From the NCBI GenBank assembly GCA_050173015.1, contig JBFXLE010000004.1, forward strand, positions 192,001 through 256,000: DNA of 64,000 nucleotides, read 5' to 3'. Source of the stretch: Calditrichaceae bacterium. GTDB lineage: Bacteria; Calditrichota; Calditrichia; Calditrichales; JBFXGD01. The notes beneath the pieces were generated by a model. The model was given only the letters and a program-made list of their open reading frames with translations, did not search any database and had not been told where the DNA came from. Below, one piece after another: positions 41,820 to 51,077 of this stretch (the stretch's first letter is position 1; each line of letters starts with the position of its first letter). The position numbers were made by a program, and so were the translations under genes.

Positions 41820-41979
41820 CTCTATTCTTCCTTTAAGGATTATGCCGGACTTTTATTAAGAAACAGGTAAAATATTCTAATTGTTAAACTTCAAATAAGA
41901 TAAATCATTCGTCTGTATTTTGCATATAAAAATTGCCGTGTTTGAATTCGTTTATTTCGGACGACAGGCAGCATGCGGA

Positions 41980-42852
41980 TTATCGGTGGGGGTGAGACTG
42001 AAGTATTTGATTGGCTTTTTCCCTGATTTCTGTCAAAGATGCCGGTTTTAATATAAATGGCAGATTATTTTCTTCAAGAAACCGGCTATGATCAGGAGAG
42101 GATAAGGACGTTAGGAACAGGATGTTCTTTTTTATTTCAGGATCCTGTTTGACCGCTTTTTCATAAAACTCGATACCGCTCATAATCGGCATATCGATAT
42201 CGGTGATAATCAAATCATAATAATTGTTCATGGTTTTGTAAAATCCTGTTTCGCCGTTCTCCGCCGTTTCGGTGATGCCTTCCTGTTCAAATAAGCTTTC
42301 CAGTAACTCCAGGATCGCGCGCGAATCATCAAGAATGAGTATATTTGGTTTCCAAATTTGAGAGAGTTTCCTCAGTTGATTCAAATATTTTTGTCCTTCG
42401 GGTATTGAGGCAAACAGTTTTTCCGTTTCTGATTTATGTTTTTGGATTATTGATACCGCCCGCTGGAAATCACGGGATTCATTTTTTAACATAGTTACTA
42501 CATATAAAAACAGTTCATTCCACTCAGAAAATTCAATGGATGCGATACATTCAAGTATATCATCTTTTGTCAGTTTACCTGTTTTCAGAAGTTGTTTGTT
42601 TTTATTAATCGGACCTTCCACGTTTTTCTTTGTTTGCTCGTCAATTCGAATATCTGATATATATTCCACTGACTCATTTCCGAGCAGGCGTGAGGCCGAC
42701 ATCATGGTATGTCTATGCCATAACTCATCCCTGGAAAGCAGAGTTAATTGTTCTGAAAGTAATTCATCGTCTTTAAAGTAATTCGCCGCATCGCGGTAGA
42801 GCTCAAAAGCGTGATTCTCAATTGATACCAGCCAATCCACAAGATTTTTCAA
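41980..42852 (-). CDS. Response regulator: ferritin/rubrerythrin-like N-terminus plus C-terminal receiver domain
   Basis: IE..A.ELY..DE.WH; ILILDD, DLIITDIDMP.MSG, FLT, KP. Confidence 0.8.
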   Translation of the reverse strand: MKNLVDWLVSIENHAFELYRDAANYFKDDELLSEQLTLLSRDELWHRHTMMSASRLLGNESVEYISDIRIDEQTKKNVEGPINKNKQLLKTGKLTKDDILECIASIEFSEWNELFLYVVTMLKNESRDFQRAVSIIQKHKSETEKLFASIPEGQKYLNQLRKLSQIWKPNILILDDSRAILELLESLFEQEGITETAENGETGFYKTMNNYYDLIITDIDMPIMSGIEFYEKAVKQDPEIKKNILFLTSLSSPDHSRFLEENNLPFILKPASLTEIREKANQILQSHPHR

Positions 42853-42947
42853 TTTGTTCTCTGCATTTGTTTCAAATGGTTTATATATTTTCGTATGAAA
42901 TTCAATTCAACAAAGTTTCATTCACCGGAGATTCAATTTTAACCGGC

Positions 42948-43601
42948 TCAATCTTGTTTCAAATATGCTTTGGCGGCGTTTAAAAGGATTTCAGATTTAA
43001 TCCTGACGCGATGATCGGGATTTACATATTCGAACTTGATAAGACCATCCGTTCCGATGATAAAAACGGCGGGAACGGGTAAAATATGATGATTTTCCCC
43101 GGAAGCCGCCTCTATATCCATTTCATGCGATTTATACATAGCCACTTTCTCATCATCAAGTTTGTAGGCAACGCCAAAGGCCTTCGCGCTTTTTAACTTG
43201 CTGTCTGAAAGCAGTTTGTAAGTTAACCGGTGGCGATTGACACTTTCAGAAAGTTTTTCCGGCCGATCGGCACTGATCCCGATGATCTGGTATCCTAAAT
43301 TTATTAAATCCTGCTCAATGTCCTGCAGTTGACCCAACTGCAAATTACAATACGGTCACCAACCGCCGCGGTAGATGATCAGAATGGTCGGTGTTTTTGA
43401 AACTGATTTTGTTAAATCATAAGAATTGCCATCCAGGTCCTTAAGAACCAGATTCGGTACCTGACTACCCACAAGCAGCGGGCAGATCTCGGTCGGCGAA
43501 GACGCGACTTGTCGCGATCCTTGTGAGACGCTTGAAAGTGGAAATAAGAGCAAAATCAAAGGTATGATTAGTACTGCAAAGTTAATCAATTTAAAATTCA
43601 T
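42948..43601 (-). CDS. Peroxiredoxin-like AhpC/TSA selenoprotein (UxxC), 217 aa with UGA read as Sec
   Basis: ORFs 43356-43601 and 42948-43343 are in frame: YRGGW-TGA-PYC; downstream hairpin; later PVPAVFII..G.I.F.YVNPD.R.R. Confidence 0.9.
43324..43358 (-). promoter_or_regulatory. Bacterial SECIS-like hairpin
   Basis: TGA-ccgtattgtaatt-TGCAGTTG-ggt-CAACTGCA: perfect 8-bp stem, G-containing loop 21 nt after UGA. Confidence 0.75.
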
Positions 43602-43649
43602 TGATTCCCCCGGTTTTATTTATAAAGTAAAATTCTTTAGTTCGGAAAA

Positions 43650-44366
43650 CTATCCCGCCTGATCCAGGCAGACGATCTCTTTTAAGGCCTCCGTTCTAAT
43701 TGAGCCGTTGTAAAGCGCGCTTCCAAACATGATCGAGTCGGCGTCGGATTCCCGGATACGTTTAATGTCATTTGTTTGGCTGAAATCAGAATTTATAATT
43801 AATTTAATTTCCGGAAATTGCCGTTTGATCTGAAGGCAAATGTCTGAAATACTCTGATTAAACTGAAAGTCCCTGTTTGACAAGGTGCAGATGAATTCTC
43901 TGACACCGGCTTGATAGAATCCGCCTATAAATTGAAGGACATCAGAATCCGGTAAACTGGATTGATTCGCCATTTCGGCTTCGATGATAATATTTGACGC
44001 TCCAAATTTGGTAAGCCATGAGCGTACCAGGATTTTCCTTCGGTCGGCGATATTACCGGCGGATATTTTATCCGCTCCGCATTCAAGGGCTGTCCGGACA
44101 TCATCGGTGGATTCGACTCCTCCGGCTAAAATGACGTTCGCGCCGGGAAGTTCGGAAAGACGCTCAAGCGTCTGCCAATTGACAAGAGTTTTTTGCAGCA
44201 CTCCGTCAAGATCAAACATATAGAATCTATAAACTCCCAAATCCATAAAATACCGGGCGACCGATACCGGATCTTCAGTATAGATATTTTTTTCGAATTC
44301 ATCGTCGGAACTCAATTTACGGCATTTCCCGCCGGTTACTTCTATGATGGGTACGATAGATTTCAT
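43650..44366 (-). CDS. Divergent HisA/HisF-like TIM-barrel protein
   Basis: VPIIE..GGKC.KL, DP...A, DLDG, AGGV, GAD, GSALY.G; several HisA residues altered. Confidence 0.7.
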   Translation of the reverse strand: MKSIVPIIEVTGGKCRKLSSDDEFEKNIYTEDPVSVARYFMDLGVYRFYMFDLDGVLQKTLVNWQTLERLSELPGANVILAGGVESTDDVRTALECGADKISAGNIADRRKILVRSWLTKFGASNIIIEAEMANQSSLPDSDVLQFIGGFYQAGVREFICTLSNRDFQFNQSISDICLQIKRQFPEIKLIINSDFSQTNDIKRIRESDADSIMFGSALYNGSIRTEALKEIVCLDQAG

Positions 44367-44456
44367 GAAAAGATGATCCTTAAAATTTTATCTGGCGTCA
44401 ATTACAGTTTTTGTTTCTGTCGATTAAAAATTTAAAAACTTACAATAATTTTTATT

Positions 44457-45326
44457 TTATGATTCAAAAACATCTTTAAATGTTAATAACCTTTTCGATA
44501 CCGCGGGGTGAGAATAATTTAGACCGTCAAATCCTCTTCCGCCGATAAACAATTTTATGCTGAAACGGTCGCATAAGTCGCAGATGTTATCAAATTCGGC
44601 CTGGGTACGCACGGGATCTTCAAAATAGGTGCTGGAAATGTACATTCGCTCAGGCGCGAAATGTTCAAATATGTGTTCCAAACGCGTCTGTGGCGTTTTT
44701 TGTCCGCTAAAAAGCACTTTGAAACCGCGTAGTTCCAATATATGATCGACCATTTTCAGCGCGATATCATGAAGTTCAAGATCGAAGTTCATGCACATTG
44801 CCATCCCGACCCTTTTTTGTGGCATTCGAATAATTCCCTGCAGACGAATGAGACTATCTTTTATAGTCTGAGACGCGAAATGTTCCTCCGTGATCGAGAT
44901 GATCTCTTTTTCCCACAGGTCACCAATTTGATAGAGAAGTGGGGTGACCAGCCGGTCATAAATTTCATATAACGGATATTGCGCAAGATATAAGCCGTTC
45001 AATACCTGTTGTACACGGCTCCGGTTACAGTTTAACGCCTGCTGTAGTGTGTAGGCAATAAGATAGTCGAAATCATGATGAAAAATATGGTAACTGATCT
45101 GTAAATCTTCTTCTTTTTCAATAGGAATGACCTGAATTTTTGATGAATATTTATTATTCTCGTCAATAAATTTTTTCAAATGTTCAATTAAAAATTTCCG
45201 GTGACCGCCTGCTGTCTTGACACACTCCAGCTTACCTGATTCCGTCCATCGTTTGATGGAGGATACATTTACACCGAGCAGGACTGCTGCCTCCTCCGTA
45301 CTAAAATATTGTATTTTTCCTTTCAT
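44457..45326 (-). CDS. CarH/LitR-like regulator: HTH (MerR/excisionase-like) plus B12-binding domains
   Basis: SSIKRW..G.L..KTAGGHR; W-x9-EH (WEKEIISITEEH); ELHDIA cobalamin motif; GGRG. Confidence 0.85.
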   Translation of the reverse strand: MKGKIQYFSTEEAAVLLGVNVSSIKRWTESGKLECVKTAGGHRKFLIEHLKKFIDENNKYSSKIQVIPIEKEEDLQISYHIFHHDFDYLIAYTLQQALNCNRSRVQQVLNGLYLAQYPLYEIYDRLVTPLLYQIGDLWEKEIISITEEHFASQTIKDSLIRLQGIIRMPQKRVGMAMCMNFDLELHDIALKMVDHILELRGFKVLFSGQKTPQTRLEHIFEHFAPERMYISSTYFEDPVRTQAEFDNICDLCDRFSIKLFIGGRGFDGLNYSHPAVSKRLLTFKDVFES

Positions 45327-45400
45327 CGCTACCTCCCTATGAACAGAGCCGGCTTAAAATACAATCTCCCGGATGATTAAATTAGTTGTACCCAATAAAA

Positions 45401-45596
45401 AACGCTTATTTCGCTCATAAAATGAATTTAAGCTGAAAATATTGAAAGAACAACAGAAAATGAATAAAATCACCATCTCCCGGCTTTAGTATATCTAAAC
45501 GGTTCTCTATAATGAAAAAAATATATTAAAAATTCCGGAATTATTTTTAGATGTATGAAGTTATTTAAAACAAAATGAGCGATATGAGCGAAATAA
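45401..45596. promoter_or_regulatory. Candidate operator repeats in the divergent regulator/crt promoter region
   Basis: tatgagcgaaataa (45583-45596) is the exact reverse complement of 45406-45419; 9-bp-period repeats at both sites. Confidence 0.6.
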
Positions 45597-45716
45597 TTTT
45601 GATTTGGACAAAAAGTATAACTCGAGGCGATAACCTATACAAAGCTGTTCGGATCAGTTAAATGAAAAATCTATGAATAGTTTAAAACAAGGCAGATCAG
45701 GGAGAAATAAATAATA

Positions 45717-46397
45717 GTGATGAAAGCAGAATATCTGATTTTTAATTTACTGATTGTTTCGGGCCCGGTTGTTCTGAGTTTTGACCGCAGAGTAAATTTC
45801 TATGGATTGTGGGCGAAAGCATTGACGGCATCGATAATCACGCTTGTGCCGTTTGTCATATGGGATATACTGGTTGCCGGAAAACACTGGTGGTTTAATG
45901 ATGCCTATATAACGGGAATCAGGATTGCGGGACTACCTGTCGAAGAACTGATGTTTTTTGTGACCGTTCCATTTGCCTGCATTTTCATCTGGGAAGTTCT
46001 CGGCGCGTATGTTTCTGATTACAGAATAGAAAAAGCAGCCCTGTTTAGATTTATCCTGTATTTTTTGTTATTTCCGGCCGCCTTTTATTTGTTGAACGGC
46101 AAAATATACACGGCGCTTGTCCTTACTGCCATCAGTCTGACGGCGTTGCTGGACAGGATTCTCCAAACGGATATTTTTACCAGATCGAGAACATATCTGC
46201 AGTTTATGCTTGTTACATTCTTAATTTTAATATTTAACGGATATCTTACCTCGAGACCAATCGTATTGTATGATCCCGTTTATCAAATCAACTTTAGAAT
46301 TATGACGGTGCCTTTGGAAGATTTCTTTTACGGATATGCTCATGTTTTCTCATCGGTCATAGTTTATTTGAAACTGAAAGGAGATATCCGTGGCTAA
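45717..46397 (+). CDS. crtY: Lycopene cyclase, membrane CrtYcd-type (two-domain)
   Basis: WD..W.FN..GLPVEE.MFF and second repeat NGYLT..VPLEDFFY. Confidence 0.85.
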   Translation: MMKAEYLIFNLLIVSGPVVLSFDRRVNFYGLWAKALTASIITLVPFVIWDILVAGKHWWFNDAYITGIRIAGLPVEELMFFVTVPFACIFIWEVLGAYVSDYRIEKAALFRFILYFLLFPAAFYLLNGKIYTALVLTAISLTALLDRILQTDIFTRSRTYLQFMLVTFLILIFNGYLTSRPIVLYDPVYQINFRIMTVPLEDFFYGYAHVFSSVIVYLKLKGDIRG

Positions 46398-47901
46398 ACG
46401 AGTGACAGTGATAGGAGCCGGCTTGGGAGGCTTATCGGCAGCGATTCGACTTGCAAGCATGGGTTTTAAAGTAACTGTTTTCGAAAAAAACGAGAAACCC
46501 GGCGGCAAGATGAATGAAATAATAAATCATGCATATCGTTTTGACACGGGGCCATCCCTGCTTACCATGCCGTTTGTAATTGATGAGTTGTTTGAATACG
46601 CCGGTTTTAAACGCTTTGATTTTCTTGAATTCAAACCTGTTGATCCGGTGTGCCGCTACTTTTTTAACGATGGCAGTACGTTTGATACCTTTAATAATCC
46701 TGAGGAAATGATCTTTTCTCTCGCGGGCTTCGCGCCGGAGGAAGTTGAAAATTACCAAAAATTCATGGCTTATTCCCGTGATCTTTATGAAAGAGCCGGT
46801 CACCTGTTTTTGACCACACCTATTCATGAGAAAGCTAAAATGTTCAGGCCGGGCATCTTCTCCCTCATCGCGGGGATACATAAAATAGATCCATTCCGCA
46901 CAGTCCACCAGGGAGTATCCGGTTTTTTTAATGACAAGCGTCTCATTCAGTTATTTGACCGTTACGCGACGTACAACGGATCAGATCCCTACAGGGCGCC
47001 GGCTACGCTTAATATGATTCCTTATCTGGAAACTCATCCGGGGGCTTTCTATATAAGCGGAGGGATGTACCGGCTGGTTGACACAATGGTAAAAATCGCG
47101 GAAACACTCCAAATCGATATCCGGACTTCCACAATTGTAGAACAGATTATACATAAGAACAAAAAGGTGGAAGCGGTGAGTATCGACGGGCATGAATTGA
47201 AAACAGATTATGTGGTATGCAACGCCGACGTTGTTTCCGCTTATACCGGATTGATAGACGGTTTGCCCAAAAAAACAAAACGTTACCAGAAACTGGAACC
47301 ATCGCTTTCCGGGATGGTATTCCTGTGGGGAATTAAAGGGACTCATTCAGGGTTAAAACATCATAATATCCTTTTTAGCAAAAACTATAAAAAAGAATTC
47401 GCTCGTATATTTAATGATCTTCAACATCCCGATGACCCCACGGTTTATATTGCCATAACCAGTAAAACAGATCCGGAACACGCCCCGGAAAATGGTGAAA
47501 ACTGGTTTGTACTTGTGAATATGCCTTATCTGGCTGTTCAAAATAAATGGACATCTGACATTGATTCGGTTCGAAAAACTATATTTAGAAAACTTGCTGA
47601 ACACGGGATTGATGTAGCCGGTAAAATCGAAACAGAGAAGGTGCTCACCCCCGAAACTTTTCAAAATTTATATGGCGCGAACCGCGGCAGTATTTACGGG
47701 TTATCTTCAAATAGTCGGTTAAGCGCGTTCTTAAGACCGGCCAACCGAAGCCGTGAAATCGAAGGCCTGTATTTTGTCGGTGGATCCGCGCATCCGGGCG
47801 GCGGAATTCCACTTGTCATTTTATCGGGAAAAATGACAGCTGACCTGATCGGCGAAACGGTTAGCTTCACACAAAAAAACAGATATAAAGTAAAGGCTTA
47901 A
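46390..47901 (+). CDS. crtD: CrtI-family desaturase, most likely 1-hydroxycarotenoid 3,4-desaturase
   Basis: IGAGLGGL, FDTGPSLLTMP, LFDRYATYNGSDPY.APA, GSIYG.SSN, HPGGGIPL. Confidence 0.7.
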   Translation: MAKRVTVIGAGLGGLSAAIRLASMGFKVTVFEKNEKPGGKMNEIINHAYRFDTGPSLLTMPFVIDELFEYAGFKRFDFLEFKPVDPVCRYFFNDGSTFDTFNNPEEMIFSLAGFAPEEVENYQKFMAYSRDLYERAGHLFLTTPIHEKAKMFRPGIFSLIAGIHKIDPFRTVHQGVSGFFNDKRLIQLFDRYATYNGSDPYRAPATLNMIPYLETHPGAFYISGGMYRLVDTMVKIAETLQIDIRTSTIVEQIIHKNKKVEAVSIDGHELKTDYVVCNADVVSAYTGLIDGLPKKTKRYQKLEPSLSGMVFLWGIKGTHSGLKHHNILFSKNYKKEFARIFNDLQHPDDPTVYIAITSKTDPEHAPENGENWFVLVNMPYLAVQNKWTSDIDSVRKTIFRKLAEHGIDVAGKIETEKVLTPETFQNLYGANRGSIYGLSSNSRLSAFLRPANRSREIEGLYFVGGSAHPGGGIPLVILSGKMTADLIGETVSFTQKNRYKVKA

Positions 47902-47903
47902 TA

Positions 47904-49442
47904 ATGTTAAAAATAAAAGAGAGCACTCAATCACATAAACTAAAAGCAGTGGTGATAGGTTCGGGTTTTGGAGGTTTGGCTGAAGCAATTCGCTTGCAGG
48001 CCCGTGGTTTTGAAGTCACCATCATTGAGAAGCAGGATAAGGCAGGCGGCAAAGCTCATCAGATAAAAAAAGACGGGTATGTGTTTGATATGGGACCGTC
48101 ACTCATCACAGCTCCGGATATCATAAAACGGGTTTTTGATGCGGCCGGAAAGCGGATGGAAGATTATATCGATCTGATCCGTCTCGATCCCGGTTACAGG
48201 ATCTATTTTCATGACGGAACACATATTGAGTACACCTCCGATTCACAAAGAATGAAAGAACAAATGCGCGCGTTCCATCCCGGCGACGCGGAAAACTATG
48301 ATGAATTTATGGAACAGACGCGAAAGCTGTATCATGCGGTTATAACCGAAGGTATGGGTTCGACACCTTTTCATGATATAAAAAAGTTGATCCAGTTTTT
48401 ACCGAGAGCCTTGAGATTAAGCGCGCTTACCCCGGCTTATAGCTTTGTGAAACGGTATTTTGATGACCCCAGACACCGGTTTACTTTTTCGTTTCATCCG
48501 CTTTTTATCGGTGGAAGTCCTTTTAAGATCCCTTCTGTCTATCTGATGATCCCCTACCTTGAAAAAACGGGTGGAATCTGGTTTGCCCGCGGAGGCATGT
48601 ATAGTCTGGTAGAAGCCTTTGCCAAAGTATTTGTGGAAATCGGCGGAACGCTTATAACAGGGGTTCCGGTGGAAGAAATCATCACGGAAAACGGCAAGGC
48701 AAGAGGTGTCAGAACTTCGACTTCATTTTATGAAGCGGATGTGGTCATATCCAACGCGGATTTTGCGCATACTTATAAAGATTTAATCAAGTCTGAAGAC
48801 CGTAAGAAATGGACGGATAGAAAAATCGATAGTTTAGATTATTCAATGAGCGCGTTTCTAATATATTTGGGAGTGAAAAAGCAGTATCCCAAATTACTCC
48901 ATCATACACTGATTCTTTCAGAAAGATATAAAAAATTGGTCACTGATATTTTTGATAAAAAAATACTGCCGGATGATTTTTCAATGTACCTGCACGCGCC
49001 TACGCGTACCGATCCGTCAATGGCGCCCGATGGACATGAAAGTCTATATGTGCTCATACCCGTGGCCAATCTGAAGGGTAAGATTGACTGGGAGAGTGAA
49101 AAGAAAAAGTACGCGGATAAAGTCATTGATTTTCTGGAGAAGGATTTTGGGATGATTGATCTCAGGGAAAATATCGAAGTACAGGAGATTTTCACACCGG
49201 TTGATTTCAAAGAAAAACAAAATGCCTATCTCGGCAGCGCCTGGGGAGTGGAACCAAAGTTGATGCAAACCGCTTATTTCAGGCCGCACAACCGGAGCGA
49301 AGATATCAAAAATCTATATTTTGTTGGAGCAAGCACTCATCCGGGAGCGGGAGTTCCCGGCGTGTTGCTTACCGCGGAAACGACAGAAAATGTAATATTG
49401 TCAGATTTTGGATTGCAGCAATTTAATCTAAAGAGCGCCTGA
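47904..49442 (+). CDS. crtI: Phytoene desaturase
   Basis: [50 protein letters not shown]. Confidence 0.9.
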   Translation: MLKIKESTQSHKLKAVVIGSGFGGLAEAIRLQARGFEVTIIEKQDKAGGKAHQIKKDGYVFDMGPSLITAPDIIKRVFDAAGKRMEDYIDLIRLDPGYRIYFHDGTHIEYTSDSQRMKEQMRAFHPGDAENYDEFMEQTRKLYHAVITEGMGSTPFHDIKKLIQFLPRALRLSALTPAYSFVKRYFDDPRHRFTFSFHPLFIGGSPFKIPSVYLMIPYLEKTGGIWFARGGMYSLVEAFAKVFVEIGGTLITGVPVEEIITENGKARGVRTSTSFYEADVVISNADFAHTYKDLIKSEDRKKWTDRKIDSLDYSMSAFLIYLGVKKQYPKLLHHTLILSERYKKLVTDIFDKKILPDDFSMYLHAPTRTDPSMAPDGHESLYVLIPVANLKGKIDWESEKKKYADKVIDFLEKDFGMIDLRENIEVQEIFTPVDFKEKQNAYLGSAWGVEPKLMQTAYFRPHNRSEDIKNLYFVGASTHPGAGVPGVLLTAETTENVILSDFGLQQFNLKSA

Positions 49443-49459
49443 ACAAAAATGGGGGATGT

Positions 49460-50401
49460 ATGGACCTTTTTAATGATAAATCAATGGAAGCCGCGTTTCG
49501 CTATGCCAGGGCGCAAACCGCCCATTATTCAAAAAGTTTTTATCTCTCGTCGGCAATGTTACCTAAGGAAAGGCGCTGGGCAACGTATGCTCTTTACGGT
49601 TTTTGCAGATACGCGGATAATATTATCGATAATCCGAGAAACAGGTCTGCCCAGGAGTTAATTGATGAAATCGATTATATGTCGAATGAGCTTGTCATCG
49701 CTTACCACAGATGGGAATCTGAACATCCGATTTTAAAACCTTTTATCTGGGTTGCTCAAAAACACGGAATACCCATTGAATATCCCCTCGATCTGTTGAA
49801 GGGGGTAAAAATGGATATTCAAAAAAACAGGTATGAAAATTTTGATGAATTGTATCTGTTCTGCTATCGTGTCGCTGGTGTTGTCGGCCTTATGATGACG
49901 CATGTTCTCGGATATAAATCAAAAGACGCTTTCTTCTATGCGGAAAAACTCGGGATAGCCATGCAGCTTACAAATATCCTGAGAGATGTGCAGGAAGACA
50001 AGAATATGAACCGCATTTATCTGCCTATGGATGAATTGGAAGCCCACGGCCTTGTCACGAAGGATGTGATGAATGAACGGATGAACGGTAAAATGAAAAA
50101 ATTTATGCGCTTTCAGATTAAACGCGCGCTTCAGTATTATTCTGAAGCAAATCAGGGTATTCGTCTGCTCAACACAGAGACACAATTCGCGATTTACGCG
50201 GCAAGCAGAATTTATGAAGGCATCTTAAAGAAGATAGAAGCCCGGAATTATGATCCCTTTAAAGGACGGGTTTATGTAAAACAGGGAAAAAAATTCTTGA
50301 TTTTGCTATTCGAAATAATAAAAACAAAAATCAATCAGTTTGGAGAATTAATTTTTCCTTCAGCTTATATGGCGGGAATGGATGATAAGGGCAAAGCATA
50401 G
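49460..50401 (+). CDS. crtB: Phytoene synthase
   Basis: SKSFY, YGFCRYADNIID, CYRVAGVVG, AMQLTNILRDVQED..RIYLP. Confidence 0.95.
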   Translation: MDLFNDKSMEAAFRYARAQTAHYSKSFYLSSAMLPKERRWATYALYGFCRYADNIIDNPRNRSAQELIDEIDYMSNELVIAYHRWESEHPILKPFIWVAQKHGIPIEYPLDLLKGVKMDIQKNRYENFDELYLFCYRVAGVVGLMMTHVLGYKSKDAFFYAEKLGIAMQLTNILRDVQEDKNMNRIYLPMDELEAHGLVTKDVMNERMNGKMKKFMRFQIKRALQYYSEANQGIRLLNTETQFAIYAASRIYEGILKKIEARNYDPFKGRVYVKQGKKFLILLFEIIKTKINQFGELIFPSAYMAGMDDKGKA

Positions 50402-51077
50402 TATCTGGGCAGACAAGCTATTTGAAAAGTATTTGAATCGTCTATTAAAAAATCATTTTTATTCAATCAATGTGTTGTCAGAGTATCCGGTTATAAAAAC
50501 CGATTTACCATTGATTATTATACCGAATCACAGTACCTGGTGGGATGGTTTTCTCATTTATCATTTAAATAAAAGAATTTTTGGCCGCCGGATGTTTGTG
50601 ATGATGGAGGAGAAACAATTAAAAAAATTCCCTTTTTTTTCCAAACTTGGAGCTTTCGGTGTTAACGCGAAAAGTGTAAAAAGCATATTAAAATCCCTTA
50701 AGTACGCAAACAGCATTCTTAAAAACGCCGAAAGTATGCTCTGTGTTTTTCCCCAGGGAGTTCTGGAAAGATGGCACAAAAGACCCGTGAAGTATAAAAG
50801 GGGTATAGAGAAGATTGTTGAAAGCATGGAAGGAGATTCGGTTCTGCTTCCGCTGGGTATTCGCGCGGAATTTACCGGCGAGCAACGGCCTGAAATTTTT
50901 CTGAATTTCGGAAAATCAATGTTGGTGAATAAAACAAATTTTCCCGGTATTCAAGCGTTGGAATCACAACATGAACGGTTGTTGGATCAGCTTGAAAACA
51001 AAGTAAAAAATGGTGATAAAGGGGAAAAAATTTTTACGGGAAAAAAATCTCTGAGTGAAAGCAAATTAAAAAGATGA
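50382..51077 (+). CDS. PlsC-like acyltransferase (CruD-like carotenoid glycoside acyltransferase)
   Basis: PNHSTWWDG, FF.KLGAF, VFPQG, RPE. Confidence 0.8.
   Translation: MIRAKHSIWADKLFEKYLNRLLKNHFYSINVLSEYPVIKTDLPLIIIPNHSTWWDGFLIYHLNKRIFGRRMFVMMEEKQLKKFPFFSKLGAFGVNAKSVKSILKSLKYANSILKNAESMLCVFPQGVLERWHKRPVKYKRGIEKIVESMEGDSVLLPLGIRAEFTGEQRPEIFLNFGKSMLVNKTNFPGIQALESQHERLLDQLENKVKNGDKGEKIFTGKKSLSESKLKR

Noticed and set aside
43356-43601. Separate 81-aa gene or nonsense pseudogene
   Set aside because: In-frame continuation, UGA at the catalytic Cys position and a SECIS-like hairpin favour a single selenoprotein.
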